Positions 20,401 through 29,926 are shown, counted from the first letter of the stretch. The stretch: DNA of 64,000 nucleotides from Methanobacteriota archaeon (GCA_020697715.1 JAEHCO010000004.1:1-64000), one strand, 5' to 3'. A program made the numbers and translations. Notes: generated by a model not told the origin, from the sequence alone.

Positions 20401-23400
20401 ACAATTACCCTTTCTGCAGTCGCAACTAGCCAAGAAGGAACTGTGGACCTGAGCTGGGTAGCACCTGGGGATGATGGTAATACTGGAAAAGTCAGCAAAT
20501 ACGAGATCAGGTATGTGAAAGCACATTACCAGAATGAATTCGTGGATGCGGATATTGAATATTCAGGTACACTTAATCCAACTATCGTCAAAACAACTTA
20601 CACAGTTACAGGCATAAACAGTGAGAGCGGTGTTTACAGGTTAGGAACACTGATGGATGAGAACCTAGCTACATATGTGAACAATTACTCGGGTCAGATA
20701 TTTAATTACTCCAAATTACTACTTGTGGACTCTGTAACAGAAGGTGTTTATGACACAGTATATGTTGATTTGGACTATGACCAAGATTTCACAGATGAAA
20801 AGGCCTGTGTAATGGGTGATGAGATATCCTGGAGGGACATGGATGGAAATGGACTTGCAGACAGATCTGGTGGAATGGTCTATTATATCAGTCAGGCAAA
20901 TATTGTCACAGATGAAATAATAACACCAGATGCAAATGGAACCATGTGTACTCTTGATCATGATATGGTCGTGAACAATTCATGGTCTGTTAGTGTGAAT
21001 GGACTCCTTGCAGAAAGTGACAGCTATGTCATGGATTATGAGAAAGGTATCATAACATTCTTAGTAGATCAATCTGCAAACACAGTTGAGATCAGCTATG
21101 AATATGATGGATTGCCATTGCCATATTCTGAGAGACTTGCTGAAAGGAGCGGTGTTGATAATGTCATCCCATTGAATGGTGAATTAGTTGCCATGTATGG
21201 AGAATACACATTAGATCTAACAGCAGGAACATCCCGAGCATCAGCAGTAGCTGGTCAAGGAATGTTGAATCACAGGAATGACATAAACGTCAAGCCTTGC
21301 CTGGGAATTGCACCAGATGCAAAGATAATCGGTATAACCGACCCAATGTACGATGGAATGATCTTCGCCATAGAAGGTTATGATGGAATTCCCGGAACTG
21401 GAGATGAAGCAAACATATACAGCAGTTCTTTGGCTACCAGCACATATGAAGCTGGCGGAGATTTCACATCAAGATATGTTGATTGGTTAGCTACAGAATA
21501 CGGAAATGGAAAAACAATATTCACAGCAACATCTGGTGACTTGGGATCAGGATATGGAACTGTTACCTCACCAGGATCTGCACCAGGGGTCATAACAGCA
21601 GGACTGGCAACTGACTTCTTCTACAGGATCGTAGAAGAGCAGGACACTGGACCTTACCCATCATTCGGAGATATAATCACTGTCTCTGGAAGAGGACCAA
21701 CAATGATGGGAAATCCAAAGCCTGATGTTGTCGCTTCTGGAGCTTACTTTGGATTTGTATCAGAACCTCTGTGGGCGGAGTATGATAGAGGTCCAAATGC
21801 AGGTTTCACTGACACAGTCAATATCTGGTCAGGGCAAGCATTGACCAGTTCAAACCTGGCAGCGTCTATTGCCGTTATTTCAGATGCATATGATAACACA
21901 CATTCCGAACCTCTAGACATAGAGACAGCACGTTCAATTCTTATGTCTGGAGCAGAGGATATCAATTATGATGTACTCTCACAAGGAGCCGGATTTGTTG
22001 ATGTTATGGAATCAGTCAAGATCGCTAGTGACACAGGTGGTTCACTCATAACACCATCTTCATGGGTTCCAGGAGATTATGATGGAGAAAGATATGAGGC
22101 CTTTGCCAAGGTTGTTGGAGCAGACACATTGCCAGAGAACCTGGAGCAAACCTTCACAATTGAAAATCATGATCAGTTCAACAGCATGGATGTTGACCTC
22201 GCGGCAGGAGAAATGCTCAAGGCCGGAGAGAGCATGATCACCATCACAAGAGACATAGATTACGGACATGGATGGACCATATTGAATGAGACTGGCTTCT
22301 ACGCACCAGATGGAGAGTTATTGAATACCTTTGACCCCGCCTTATGGACAGATACGAACATGATCAAAATAACACAATATTCTATCTCAGATGAGCAGAA
22401 CTACTGGATCGAGCTATTCGATTGGACTGATGAGAATGGAGATGGAATGCTGACCGGTGACCTGAATGGTGGACCATATGATGATCCAGATCTACGATTT
22501 ACCGAAAGGAACAGGATGAGCGGGGCATTCATATACGGAAATGTACTGGAAGCCAGACTCCACAGTCAGGCAGAAAGGACCCATGATGGTATCGCCATAT
22601 GGACCAGAGCCCTTACAGCACCATCTGTAGAACTGGACATACACATAAAAGCAGAGTTCTACACAAGAGAAGCATGGGACTGGGTCAGTCTGTCGGACAG
22701 CACATTGACGATCCCTGCAGGTGATTCTGGAACTTTCACAGCCACACTTGACAGTACCAAGGCAATGGCCGAGGGAGTTGGTTCATATGAAGGTGCGATA
22801 ACATCATTGTCAGATGTTGGAAAGACCACTCTTATCCCAATGGTTGTCAATGTTGCAGCCGACAATCCCAACTTCGAGTTTGGTGGTAAGCCTGCTTTAG
22901 ATGCAGTTGATAACTTTGTTGGAGTTGATTTCACCACAGTTGAAATTGTAAATTTCACGATGGCCAATGAAACTCATTTATCTATTACTAATGCGACATT
23001 CAACCAAACAGAGTTCTCTCTAAACAATGGAGGTCTGCTGAACTTCTCAACCCTGGCACTTAATAACACAGTGCTCGACTTTTCATATGCTCATCAGACC
23101 AATCTAAATAATCCTACGAACAATGACACTATCGTATCATACCACCCAGTTGACTACACTGCAGGAATTGATACCTTCTATACTTCACACCAGAACATTG
23201 TTCCGGGAACTGAGCTATTCTTGTATTATGATACATATTATGAAGAATGGTCATGGTTAAATGCCACACAGAACAATACATTATACACGTTCGACCCCGT
23301 TACAGGTGAATTTGTACTTGATTGGGCAATGGACCTCGGAGATCAGCTTTATGCCTGGTATGATTACAATCTAACTGGTTATATAACAATAACCAACACA

Positions 23401-26400
23401 TCCTGGTATGATGTAAATTATGATACTGGACTCGTGACCTTCAATACAAGCGTACAGCCATTCGAAAATGGCCTGAAAGAAGATACGACCATGCATGCAT
23501 GGTATGATTACCAGGTGACATTTGTAAATGAAACAAAGAGGAACGAATTCATATTATCGAATTCCAATGTCCTGCCAGAATCACTTGTAGTAACAGAGGA
23601 TGGAAAGGCCCTATCAAAGTTCAATACCGTATCAAAAGAGATAATCATGAACAATAGCAGGGAATACAAAGACCAGGAGATCATAGTTGCTACAGATACA
23701 GTTACAACAACTGCATATCTTGAATTATACGAAGCAGGATATCAGATCGGCCCAGGAACTTATTCCTTATACCTTGATGGCGTATTGATGGTCGAAGGAA
23801 TAGATTATGACCTGGACCTTCAAACTGGTGAGATAACCTTTTCTATCCCTCTTGATCTTGGCATGGTAGTGACTGCAAACTATGGAACTTATGCAGTTGG
23901 TGTCACAGAGATCGAAATTCCAAATAGCAACATATACGACAATGTGAAATCAGGAACTGATGTCCTTGGTTACCAGATTTACAGGAATGGAAATAAACTG
24001 ACGGATGGGCTTCACTACTTTTTGTCCAAGATACCTGTCAAGAATGAACTGAGCATTACATCTGCAGGAGGCGAAGCTGGATTCAACCTTGTAAACATAG
24101 GGATATTTGAAACCAGTGATAATACTCTATACCTGGATAATGCAGGCACACTGACAGAGATGGTCGAAAGTGCAAGCGCAGGACAACCCAACTATGAGAT
24201 GAACTATAATACTGGAGAAATAACCCTTAATGGTTGGACACTTACTGCCGGAGAATCCGTGCACTCATTCTATAATTATTCTGGTTGCATTGATGGAAAG
24301 ATAAAGTTGAATGTCTTCAATCAGGTAGCTGGTGAAGTGTCAGTTGAATCCGCCACTGCAGGACAAGACACATTCTCAGTATTCTATAATAATTTGAATG
24401 ACATAGGTGGTTCTTCACCAAACACATTCTACTACACGAATGGAACAGGAACCTTCAAATTGGTGAAATTGGATGTAAACGGTGATCTCAATTACAAGAT
24501 AGACACTGCAACAGGTGATATCAGTCTTAATGGCTGGAGTATGGCCGCAGGAGATACTGTGGTCGCATACTACAACTACACTGGACTGAAATCCGGGGAC
24601 TTCTTTGAGATAGATTACAGTTATGGAAGATATCTCTTCAATCCAATAAATGGAGAGCTTAATTTCCTTTCAACTCCCGCAGATGGATCTGATCTGGAAG
24701 TCACATATTCCTACTATGATTGTGCCAGATTATTTGACCCAAGCATGATAGGTGCTGGATTTGATGGAGCTGGTGGAAGAGCAGGAGATTGGAGATACTA
24801 CTATGTAGATATTCCTGATCAAGGGATCTTCACAGATCCAAACACCAAACTTCTCTTAAATGTAGAATGGTGGAAGGACCTAACAGACATAGATGCATTT
24901 GCCTTTGGAGAAACAACATTGATAAATCCAGAATCTGGAGATACCTTCTCTGGAGAGAGATATGGACCACATGGATTGCAGATGAATGGCGGTAGTACGG
25001 AGACTGCTACCTTCTTCACCGCAAGTGGAGGGCCTATCGAATATAGTACTCCAGACATAGGATCGGGTCTGAATGTCATTGCGATACACAATGTGCTTAT
25101 GGATGGCGAGTCTAATTTAGAGCCAGTTAAGGGAAAGGTCGGAACCTTCTCCCTGGACAAGGACAAGGTCAGCATAGTCACCAATGAACTTGCAGGAAGT
25201 GCGAGCGTGACTGGTGTTTCCAATATGGATCTTGGAGGACGTATAGGTGGTGTTGCAGCAGGACCTTCTGCACCAGTTAGCTATCAGGACATGGAGGTTT
25301 GGCAGGACGAGGCAGACTGGAGCCTGTTTGATACATTTGATGGTCAATTGGCCTCTGGAAATACCACAATATCAGTTACATTAGAAGACTGTCTTATCTT
25401 TGATGTTCATATTTTCGGGCATACCCAAGCATATGGTAGAGAGGGAAGCTTTGGAGATGTTGAGGATCTTGATCTTGGCGTGTTCCTTGATGAGAATGGA
25501 GACGGCATAACTCAAGAAGAAGAGTTGTATGCTATGGATGCGGATGGGGATGCTGACGAGCAAGTGAAGCTTATCGGACCACCAGATGGAACATATCTCA
25601 TAAGAATCTATGGTTTCACACTAAAATCATTGCCTGCTCACTTTGATATTGACATAACAAACGTGCAAGGCCTTGGATTTGAAGTAGAGGGAGAAGGAAC
25701 CGATCTTACACCAGATGATCCAGACAAGTGGAGAACCGACACACCATTACCAGCATACACACCATCAACCTTGGACCTAGAATTTGATCTTCCAAGTGCA
25801 AAGGACGGTATCACACTACAAGGAGCCTTGTACATTGGCCCTGGTGAAGCACCATTCACAATGTTGCTACCTATCGAGCTCAGGTATGATGCAACACCAC
25901 CAACAAGCAGTGGTTTCAGCCCAGGGAATGGGGAAATGATGCGCGACACCAATCCAATAATAACTTCCAATTTCAAGGATTATGACTTTGGAGAACTGGT
26001 TCCCAACAGCATAAATATGAAGGTCGATGGAATTGACATAACACCACAGGCCACGGTCAGTGTGCCTTTTGTCGATGATTTAGATTCAGTTGCACCATCG
26101 CCAGTACAAGGATATCCACTTGGAACCATAAGTTACACACCAGCAGGTGACATGGATGAAGGAATTCATTATGTTGAGTCATCCTGCATGGATAAGGCAG
26201 GAAACACATACACCGACATGTGGACCTTCTTGATAGACACAGGGTTACCATCTCTGATCGTCAATACACCAGAATTGGACATGGCTTACACAGCCAATGA
26301 GGAATATGAGATCACTGGCCTTATAGAGAAGAACTCTACCTTGAACATATATGGAGTTGAGATTGTAAGCTTAATCCAGAATGATGGTAAATTCTCTGCG

Positions 26401-27624
26401 AATATTCTACTTGAGAATGGAGAGAACGCGATCACAATAACAGCTACAGATCTTTCAGGAAACAAAATGGAGATCAAAAAGTCAATAGTCTTGGATCAGA
26501 ATATGCCTTCATTTGAAGGATTCGTCTGTGAGGAAGGCTCCAGGACCAACAAGGATAAGGTCTCAATAACTGGGGCAGTTGATGAAACTGGATACTTGAC
26601 CATAAATGGAAAAGACGTAGTAGTTAACAGTGTTGGATCCTTCTCAACAGTTGTGAACCTTATCAAGGGTGAGAACGTATTACACCTCTCCTTCACAGAT
26701 ATGGCAGGAAACACCGTTGATGACTGGATGAATGTCACTCTAGATCAGACATTACCTCAGATCATCATGGATGATCTCCCAACAAAGGTATATTCAAAGA
26801 ACTTCACCTTTGGTGCACAGATCGATGAGGAAGAGCTGAAGATCGGTGGAGTCAGGGTCAATGGAAAACAAGTAACTGTAGAATCCACAAGAGGAATATC
26901 CGAGTTCCAGAGAACAGTCATCCTAAGCTATGGCATCAATACCATTGTGATAGAAGTGGAGGACAGGGCAGGCAATGTGGTCGAATTTAGACATGCTGTT
27001 GAATTCACAGTTGATACTACCACCACAGATGGTAATGCCACCGATAGCCCAGATGTTACCTCTGATGGTACAACAAAGATATCTGGAATGTTCATAGCAG
27101 GACTTCTGATAGTTGGACTCGTGATCGGTATGTTCGTGGCTTTGCTCATCAGTAGATTCGTACCAGACTCTGGAACTGATGAAGAACAGATCGATGAACC
27201 TGATGAAGATGAAGGACCTCTGCCAGAAGATGGCATGGATGCGGATCAGATCCCTGAAGGTGATGAGATCCCTGACGAATTAGAAGTTGATGAAGCTCCA
27301 TTAACAGAGGATGAATTGCCAGAGGATATGCCTGACTCAGAGGATGAAATGTCCTCTGAGGAGATCGCAGATTCCATCATAGATGATGAGATCCCTGAAG
27401 ACCTGGAAGCATCTGAAGATATATCATCTGAAATGGAAATGGAAGATGTCGAGGCAGAGCCTGATGTCACAGAGGAACCTGAATTAGATATTCCTGAAGA
27501 AGAAGCAACCGAAATGGAAGTTCCAGAAGAGAATGAGCAGGTTCTCAGACTGAAACAGGCATTCGAGGATGGAAAGATATCAGAAGAACTTTACGAAAAG
27601 AACCTTGCCAAGCTAAAGGAATGA
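17488..27624 (+). CDS. Giant membrane-anchored pyrolysin-like S8 pseudo-peptidase with FN3, beta-repeat, PPC and Ig domains
   Basis: 3378 aa; S8 scaffold motifs (GIDFGHPDL, GIAPDAKI, GYGTVTSPG, SGRGP..GNPKPDVVA, QGAGFVD) but catalytic residues replaced; C-terminal TM, acidic tail, SHOCT-like end. Confidence 0.9.
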   Translation: MSETKTKKYLSACIVWMFVLSAFGSMGGIMTNDATSEGLIVIDGLDDGISDDTTQADMVISPKIDSTLGGFIKEGTKGMTKVIVATTNTAQLAITLSKYEYRGLIGTKDTGNNFLKTHVLDVPVNSLEDIAGLSGVYGVYAYPDISQGMTNPEEKNLMFSDDAGNSPSSIYDAEQHNAQEAWIAGYIGTGSNVAIPEGGIDFGHPDLQGTQARVPATLRAIGETILEAVGGETEISLSSGDIIPGTYTIYVNGSALIPDTDYTIDLDSGDITFTPALEFADVITADYQFDSPYAGWPIVFDYNSMTTYLETSSTTDTWYVSTNETAIAYSTANTPELDIEVTVSSELTFSSDTAEVKTSTKLDHGAVKVGSIAVYADGTQMLPTEYSVNYDLGEVYFSPSILVSNIGVSYIYYTWDNVPDSQRIILKESTGYNIKSATGAESYTIDGLEPNTNYLFNIIATDEANNHGGFSNNPNAITYEDVTVPGQITDLMAVGGSEHGTIDLSWTAVGDDGSTGTATSYIIKYSEDPISNWVCFDYLSDEYAQSWVPAGTTITENKVITGLDIGVEYYFAIIAVDEAGNMGEVSNTDNAIVMDDIIAPARIDPTAYPGANSTQVYLQWTATGNNGAAGIASGYELRYSTSPITTNVEFQAATLYADSPNWIPMIAGNIENYTLEMPLGGTTYYFSIVAIDTAGNTGDISAPAGMAISAAADVTAPATINDLTVQTGPDHGTVYLNFTAPGDNGVVGWAEDYIIKSSTSPIDAANWGSASTFPVEFPVGNRLYPLPAEGGTSVSIILGLTDGVGWSYFTGGNDYYFAIQADDGANNGSVSNCDNAIAQNDIIGPSAITDLTASDSDNHGEILLEWTAPGDDGMIGFVKNYEIRYDTTEINDNATWDDADAYPIAQNTFESAFGFIPEGGDHVYLNFSGAGLDEGVKYFFAIKAKDEMSDNEPGISNSANGTARVDDEAPGTITLSAVATSQEGTVDLSWVAPGDDGNTGKVSKYEIRYVKAHYQNEFVDADIEYSGTLNPTIVKTTYTVTGINSESGVYRLGTLMDENLATYVNNYSGQIFNYSKLLLVDSVTEGVYDTVYVDLDYDQDFTDEKACVMGDEISWRDMDGNGLADRSGGMVYYISQANIVTDEIITPDANGTMCTLDHDMVVNNSWSVSVNGLLAESDSYVMDYEKGIITFLVDQSANTVEISYEYDGLPLPYSERLAERSGVDNVIPLNGELVAMYGEYTLDLTAGTSRASAVAGQGMLNHRNDINVKPCLGIAPDAKIIGITDPMYDGMIFAIEGYDGIPGTGDEANIYSSSLATSTYEAGGDFTSRYVDWLATEYGNGKTIFTATSGDLGSGYGTVTSPGSAPGVITAGLATDFFYRIVEEQDTGPYPSFGDIITVSGRGPTMMGNPKPDVVASGAYFGFVSEPLWAEYDRGPNAGFTDTVNIWSGQALTSSNLAASIAVISDAYDNTHSEPLDIETARSILMSGAEDINYDVLSQGAGFVDVMESVKIASDTGGSLITPSSWVPGDYDGERYEAFAKVVGADTLPENLEQTFTIENHDQFNSMDVDLAAGEMLKAGESMITITRDIDYGHGWTILNETGFYAPDGELLNTFDPALWTDTNMIKITQYSISDEQNYWIELFDWTDENGDGMLTGDLNGGPYDDPDLRFTERNRMSGAFIYGNVLEARLHSQAERTHDGIAIWTRALTAPSVELDIHIKAEFYTREAWDWVSLSDSTLTIPAGDSGTFTATLDSTKAMAEGVGSYEGAITSLSDVGKTTLIPMVVNVAADNPNFEFGGKPALDAVDNFVGVDFTTVEIVNFTMANETHLSITNATFNQTEFSLNNGGLLNFSTLALNNTVLDFSYAHQTNLNNPTNNDTIVSYHPVDYTAGIDTFYTSHQNIVPGTELFLYYDTYYEEWSWLNATQNNTLYTFDPVTGEFVLDWAMDLGDQLYAWYDYNLTGYITITNTSWYDVNYDTGLVTFNTSVQPFENGLKEDTTMHAWYDYQVTFVNETKRNEFILSNSNVLPESLVVTEDGKALSKFNTVSKEIIMNNSREYKDQEIIVATDTVTTTAYLELYEAGYQIGPGTYSLYLDGVLMVEGIDYDLDLQTGEITFSIPLDLGMVVTANYGTYAVGVTEIEIPNSNIYDNVKSGTDVLGYQIYRNGNKLTDGLHYFLSKIPVKNELSITSAGGEAGFNLVNIGIFETSDNTLYLDNAGTLTEMVESASAGQPNYEMNYNTGEITLNGWTLTAGESVHSFYNYSGCIDGKIKLNVFNQVAGEVSVESATAGQDTFSVFYNNLNDIGGSSPNTFYYTNGTGTFKLVKLDVNGDLNYKIDTATGDISLNGWSMAAGDTVVAYYNYTGLKSGDFFEIDYSYGRYLFNPINGELNFLSTPADGSDLEVTYSYYDCARLFDPSMIGAGFDGAGGRAGDWRYYYVDIPDQGIFTDPNTKLLLNVEWWKDLTDIDAFAFGETTLINPESGDTFSGERYGPHGLQMNGGSTETATFFTASGGPIEYSTPDIGSGLNVIAIHNVLMDGESNLEPVKGKVGTFSLDKDKVSIVTNELAGSASVTGVSNMDLGGRIGGVAAGPSAPVSYQDMEVWQDEADWSLFDTFDGQLASGNTTISVTLEDCLIFDVHIFGHTQAYGREGSFGDVEDLDLGVFLDENGDGITQEEELYAMDADGDADEQVKLIGPPDGTYLIRIYGFTLKSLPAHFDIDITNVQGLGFEVEGEGTDLTPDDPDKWRTDTPLPAYTPSTLDLEFDLPSAKDGITLQGALYIGPGEAPFTMLLPIELRYDATPPTSSGFSPGNGEMMRDTNPIITSNFKDYDFGELVPNSINMKVDGIDITPQATVSVPFVDDLDSVAPSPVQGYPLGTISYTPAGDMDEGIHYVESSCMDKAGNTYTDMWTFLIDTGLPSLIVNTPELDMAYTANEEYEITGLIEKNSTLNIYGVEIVSLIQNDGKFSANILLENGENAITITATDLSGNKMEIKKSIVLDQNMPSFEGFVCEEGSRTNKDKVSITGAVDETGYLTINGKDVVVNSVGSFSTVVNLIKGENVLHLSFTDMAGNTVDDWMNVTLDQTLPQIIMDDLPTKVYSKNFTFGAQIDEEELKIGGVRVNGKQVTVESTRGISEFQRTVILSYGINTIVIEVEDRAGNVVEFRHAVEFTVDTTTTDGNATDSPDVTSDGTTKISGMFIAGLLIVGLVIGMFVALLISRFVPDSGTDEEQIDEPDEDEGPLPEDGMDADQIPEGDEIPDELEVDEAPLTEDELPEDMPDSEDEMSSEEIADSIIDDEIPEDLEASEDISSEMEMEDVEAEPDVTEEPELDIPEEEATEMEVPEENEQVLRLKQAFEDGKISEELYEKNLAKLKE

Positions 27625-27763
27625 TATCACCCAAGAAACTCCACACACTCACAAACATCACACGAAGAACCGCAGCATTAGCTTTGCTGAGAAGCATAGA
27701 TTGCTGTGAACATGTATCAAAAGTGAGAATATAGGCTCCAAAACTAAATAGGAGATCAATATA

Positions 27764-28801
27764 ATGTCACAGATAATGGAATTGGCAAATGAAGAGGAAT
27801 ATGAGAGATGTTCCAACTACCACAAGATGGTCGATGGTGCAGAAAAAGCACTGAAGAGCGTACTGTCATTTGATCAAGGTCAGAATATCCTCGTTGTCAC
27901 TGATAAAGAAAAGCAGGACATAGGCCAAGCATTCATCAGTGGTGCCAAGAGATTAGGTGGCTTAAAGACCGATCTCTATTCTATTTCTCAACATCAACGA
28001 CCATTGGATAAACTTCCAGAAGGGTTGAAAGGGATCTTCAAGAACTACAATGTGGTGGTCAATGCCTTCCACGGTGATGCGAAGGAAACCCCATTTCGTG
28101 TAGAGCTTCTTTATGATGAGATAGCTTATGATGTCAGGGTGGCTCATGCTCCTGGTATAACCAAGGAAATGATGTACAAGGGGCCGATGAATGTGGATTA
28201 TGACGAGATCGTTAAAGATGCCACAAGTCTTATGGACAAGTTCAATATGGCAAAAGAAGTTCATATAACCACTGAACTTGGAACTGACCTTGTACTGGAC
28301 ATTCAAGACAGAGGCTTTTCCACGGATGTCGTAATAGACAAGAAAAGCTTTGGTAACCTCCCCGCAGGAGAGATCTGGTGTGCGCCAACAGAGACAAAAG
28401 GCCATGGAAAAGTGGTCGTTGATGGAAGTATTGGTGATATAGGAATGTTGGATGTGCCCCTTACACTAATTATCAAAGATGGAGTTCTAACAGGCATGGA
28501 ATGTGTGAATAAAGAGAGAGTGGAACATCTATGGAACTTGGTCACGATAGACGACATGGCCTCCACTATCGGAGAACTTGGGATCGGATTAAATCCCAAT
28601 GCAAGACTCGTAGGGAATCTCCTGGAGGACGAAAAAGCAGGAGAGACAGCTCACATTGCCTTCGGTAATAATATGGATATGAACAATGGGGCCAATAATT
28701 CCAAGACTCACCGTGATTTCCTTTTCAACAAACCTAGCATGGTGATAACTTACCTTGATGGGACCAAAAAAGAAATAATAAGAAATGGAAAGGTCATTTG
28801 A
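27764..28801 (+). CDS. M29-family (thermophilic metalloprotease / leucyl) aminopeptidase
   Basis: GTDL, GNLPAGEIWCAP, G.VVVDGS, IGELGIGLNP, LLEDEK.G.TAHIAFGNN, HRD. Confidence 0.9.
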   Translation: MSQIMELANEEEYERCSNYHKMVDGAEKALKSVLSFDQGQNILVVTDKEKQDIGQAFISGAKRLGGLKTDLYSISQHQRPLDKLPEGLKGIFKNYNVVVNAFHGDAKETPFRVELLYDEIAYDVRVAHAPGITKEMMYKGPMNVDYDEIVKDATSLMDKFNMAKEVHITTELGTDLVLDIQDRGFSTDVVIDKKSFGNLPAGEIWCAPTETKGHGKVVVDGSIGDIGMLDVPLTLIIKDGVLTGMECVNKERVEHLWNLVTIDDMASTIGELGIGLNPNARLVGNLLEDEKAGETAHIAFGNNMDMNNGANNSKTHRDFLFNKPSMVITYLDGTKKEIIRNGKVI

Positions 28802-28914
28802 TTACCAGTTATTTCATAATAATTGTCAAAACATTTGTGAAATAATCTTCAATATATTATTCCATATCAACAGATAGACTTATGTGTAGATATATTATTT
28901 GATATTTGAGAATA

Positions 28915-29838
28915 TCAATCAAGTTTCTGTCCACATTTTCTGCAGAATACATCGTCATTCTCAACTTCTGCATCACAGCTTGGACAGATGATGATGAACT
29001 CCAATTCATTACCACATTTTCTACAGAAGGAATCTTCGACATGGGCATCAGCACCGCATGAATCACAGGCAGCGTCCTCTGCCCCATTCTCTATGATCTC
29101 CTCGATCACGGTTGGTTCAGACTGATGAGCTTCATCGCCCGTTTCTTCCCCATCCTCATCTGTATGAGGCATTGGAGTTTCTGCGATATGCTCAAAACTA
29201 CCGACCTTGAGCATTTTCTCGGTCTTCAATGCAAGGGACAAAGCTTTGGTATAATTTTCTTTTTCGAATTCTTCACTCGCCTCCTTGAACATCAGGTTTG
29301 CCTCTTCTATCCCCTGATTCTCATCTTCGTTCAAAAGATCCTTGACCGTTGCAAGTAAGAATTTCGCCTGCATGAAATTCGCAGGTCGTTCTCCTGAGCG
29401 TATGTCTTTTGGCATGGGCAAGAGAGGATCATCATTCAGGAATTTCTTTGAGCTATTATCAATGACCGAAGGATTGGATTCATCCTGATCGGATGAGCGT
29501 TGCAGATCATGATCCCTCTTTGCATTTTTTAAAATTATCTTTGATCGCTCAGCACTTTCAATAGCGGAAACAAAATCTCTCCTAGATTCATACTGTCTTG
29601 CTTCCTTGAGCAATTGTTCCGCACCTTGGACATCCACACCCTGTGATCTCATTGTGGAAATAATTCGATCTGTAGTATGTATCTTATTGAAGGCCTCGTC
29701 CGCCCTGGTCTCCTCGAATTTACTTATCTTTTTTTTCTTCTTTGAGCGTATATACATTAGTTCAACCACCAGGACAATGAACATTGTCACGACAAGAACA
29801 AGTATGATAATGTTCTTTGTATCTGAATCCATTGCCAT
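28915..29838 (-). CDS. Membrane-anchored double zinc-ribbon protein with helical repeats
   Basis: N-terminal TM; GVDVQGAEQLLKEA..DFVSA repeat; C-terminal CDSC/CRKC/CPSC/CRKC. Confidence 0.85.
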   Translation of the reverse strand: MAMDSDTKNIIILVLVVTMFIVLVVELMYIRSKKKKKISKFEETRADEAFNKIHTTDRIISTMRSQGVDVQGAEQLLKEARQYESRRDFVSAIESAERSKIILKNAKRDHDLQRSSDQDESNPSVIDNSSKKFLNDDPLLPMPKDIRSGERPANFMQAKFLLATVKDLLNEDENQGIEEANLMFKEASEEFEKENYTKALSLALKTEKMLKVGSFEHIAETPMPHTDEDGEETGDEAHQSEPTVIEEIIENGAEDAACDSCGADAHVEDSFCRKCGNELEFIIICPSCDAEVENDDVFCRKCGQKLD

Positions 29839-29926
29839 ATGTCACCTTCAGACAATAAATGATTAGAACGTTATAAAATGGTTTCGGCGTTATATATGTA
29901 TGTGATAGTAGAAAGAAGGATCGAGT

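Noticed and set aside
17488-27624. Pseudogene, intein-containing gene, or prophage tail gene
   Set aside because: The 10-kb frame is intact with signal peptide and TM; no intein splice motifs were recognised at the insert borders; no phage genes are nearby.
27625-27763. CA-rich tract and weak CAGCA/TGCTG hairpin as an ncRNA
   Set aside because: The pairing is short and ambiguous; no second copy or family resemblance was seen.
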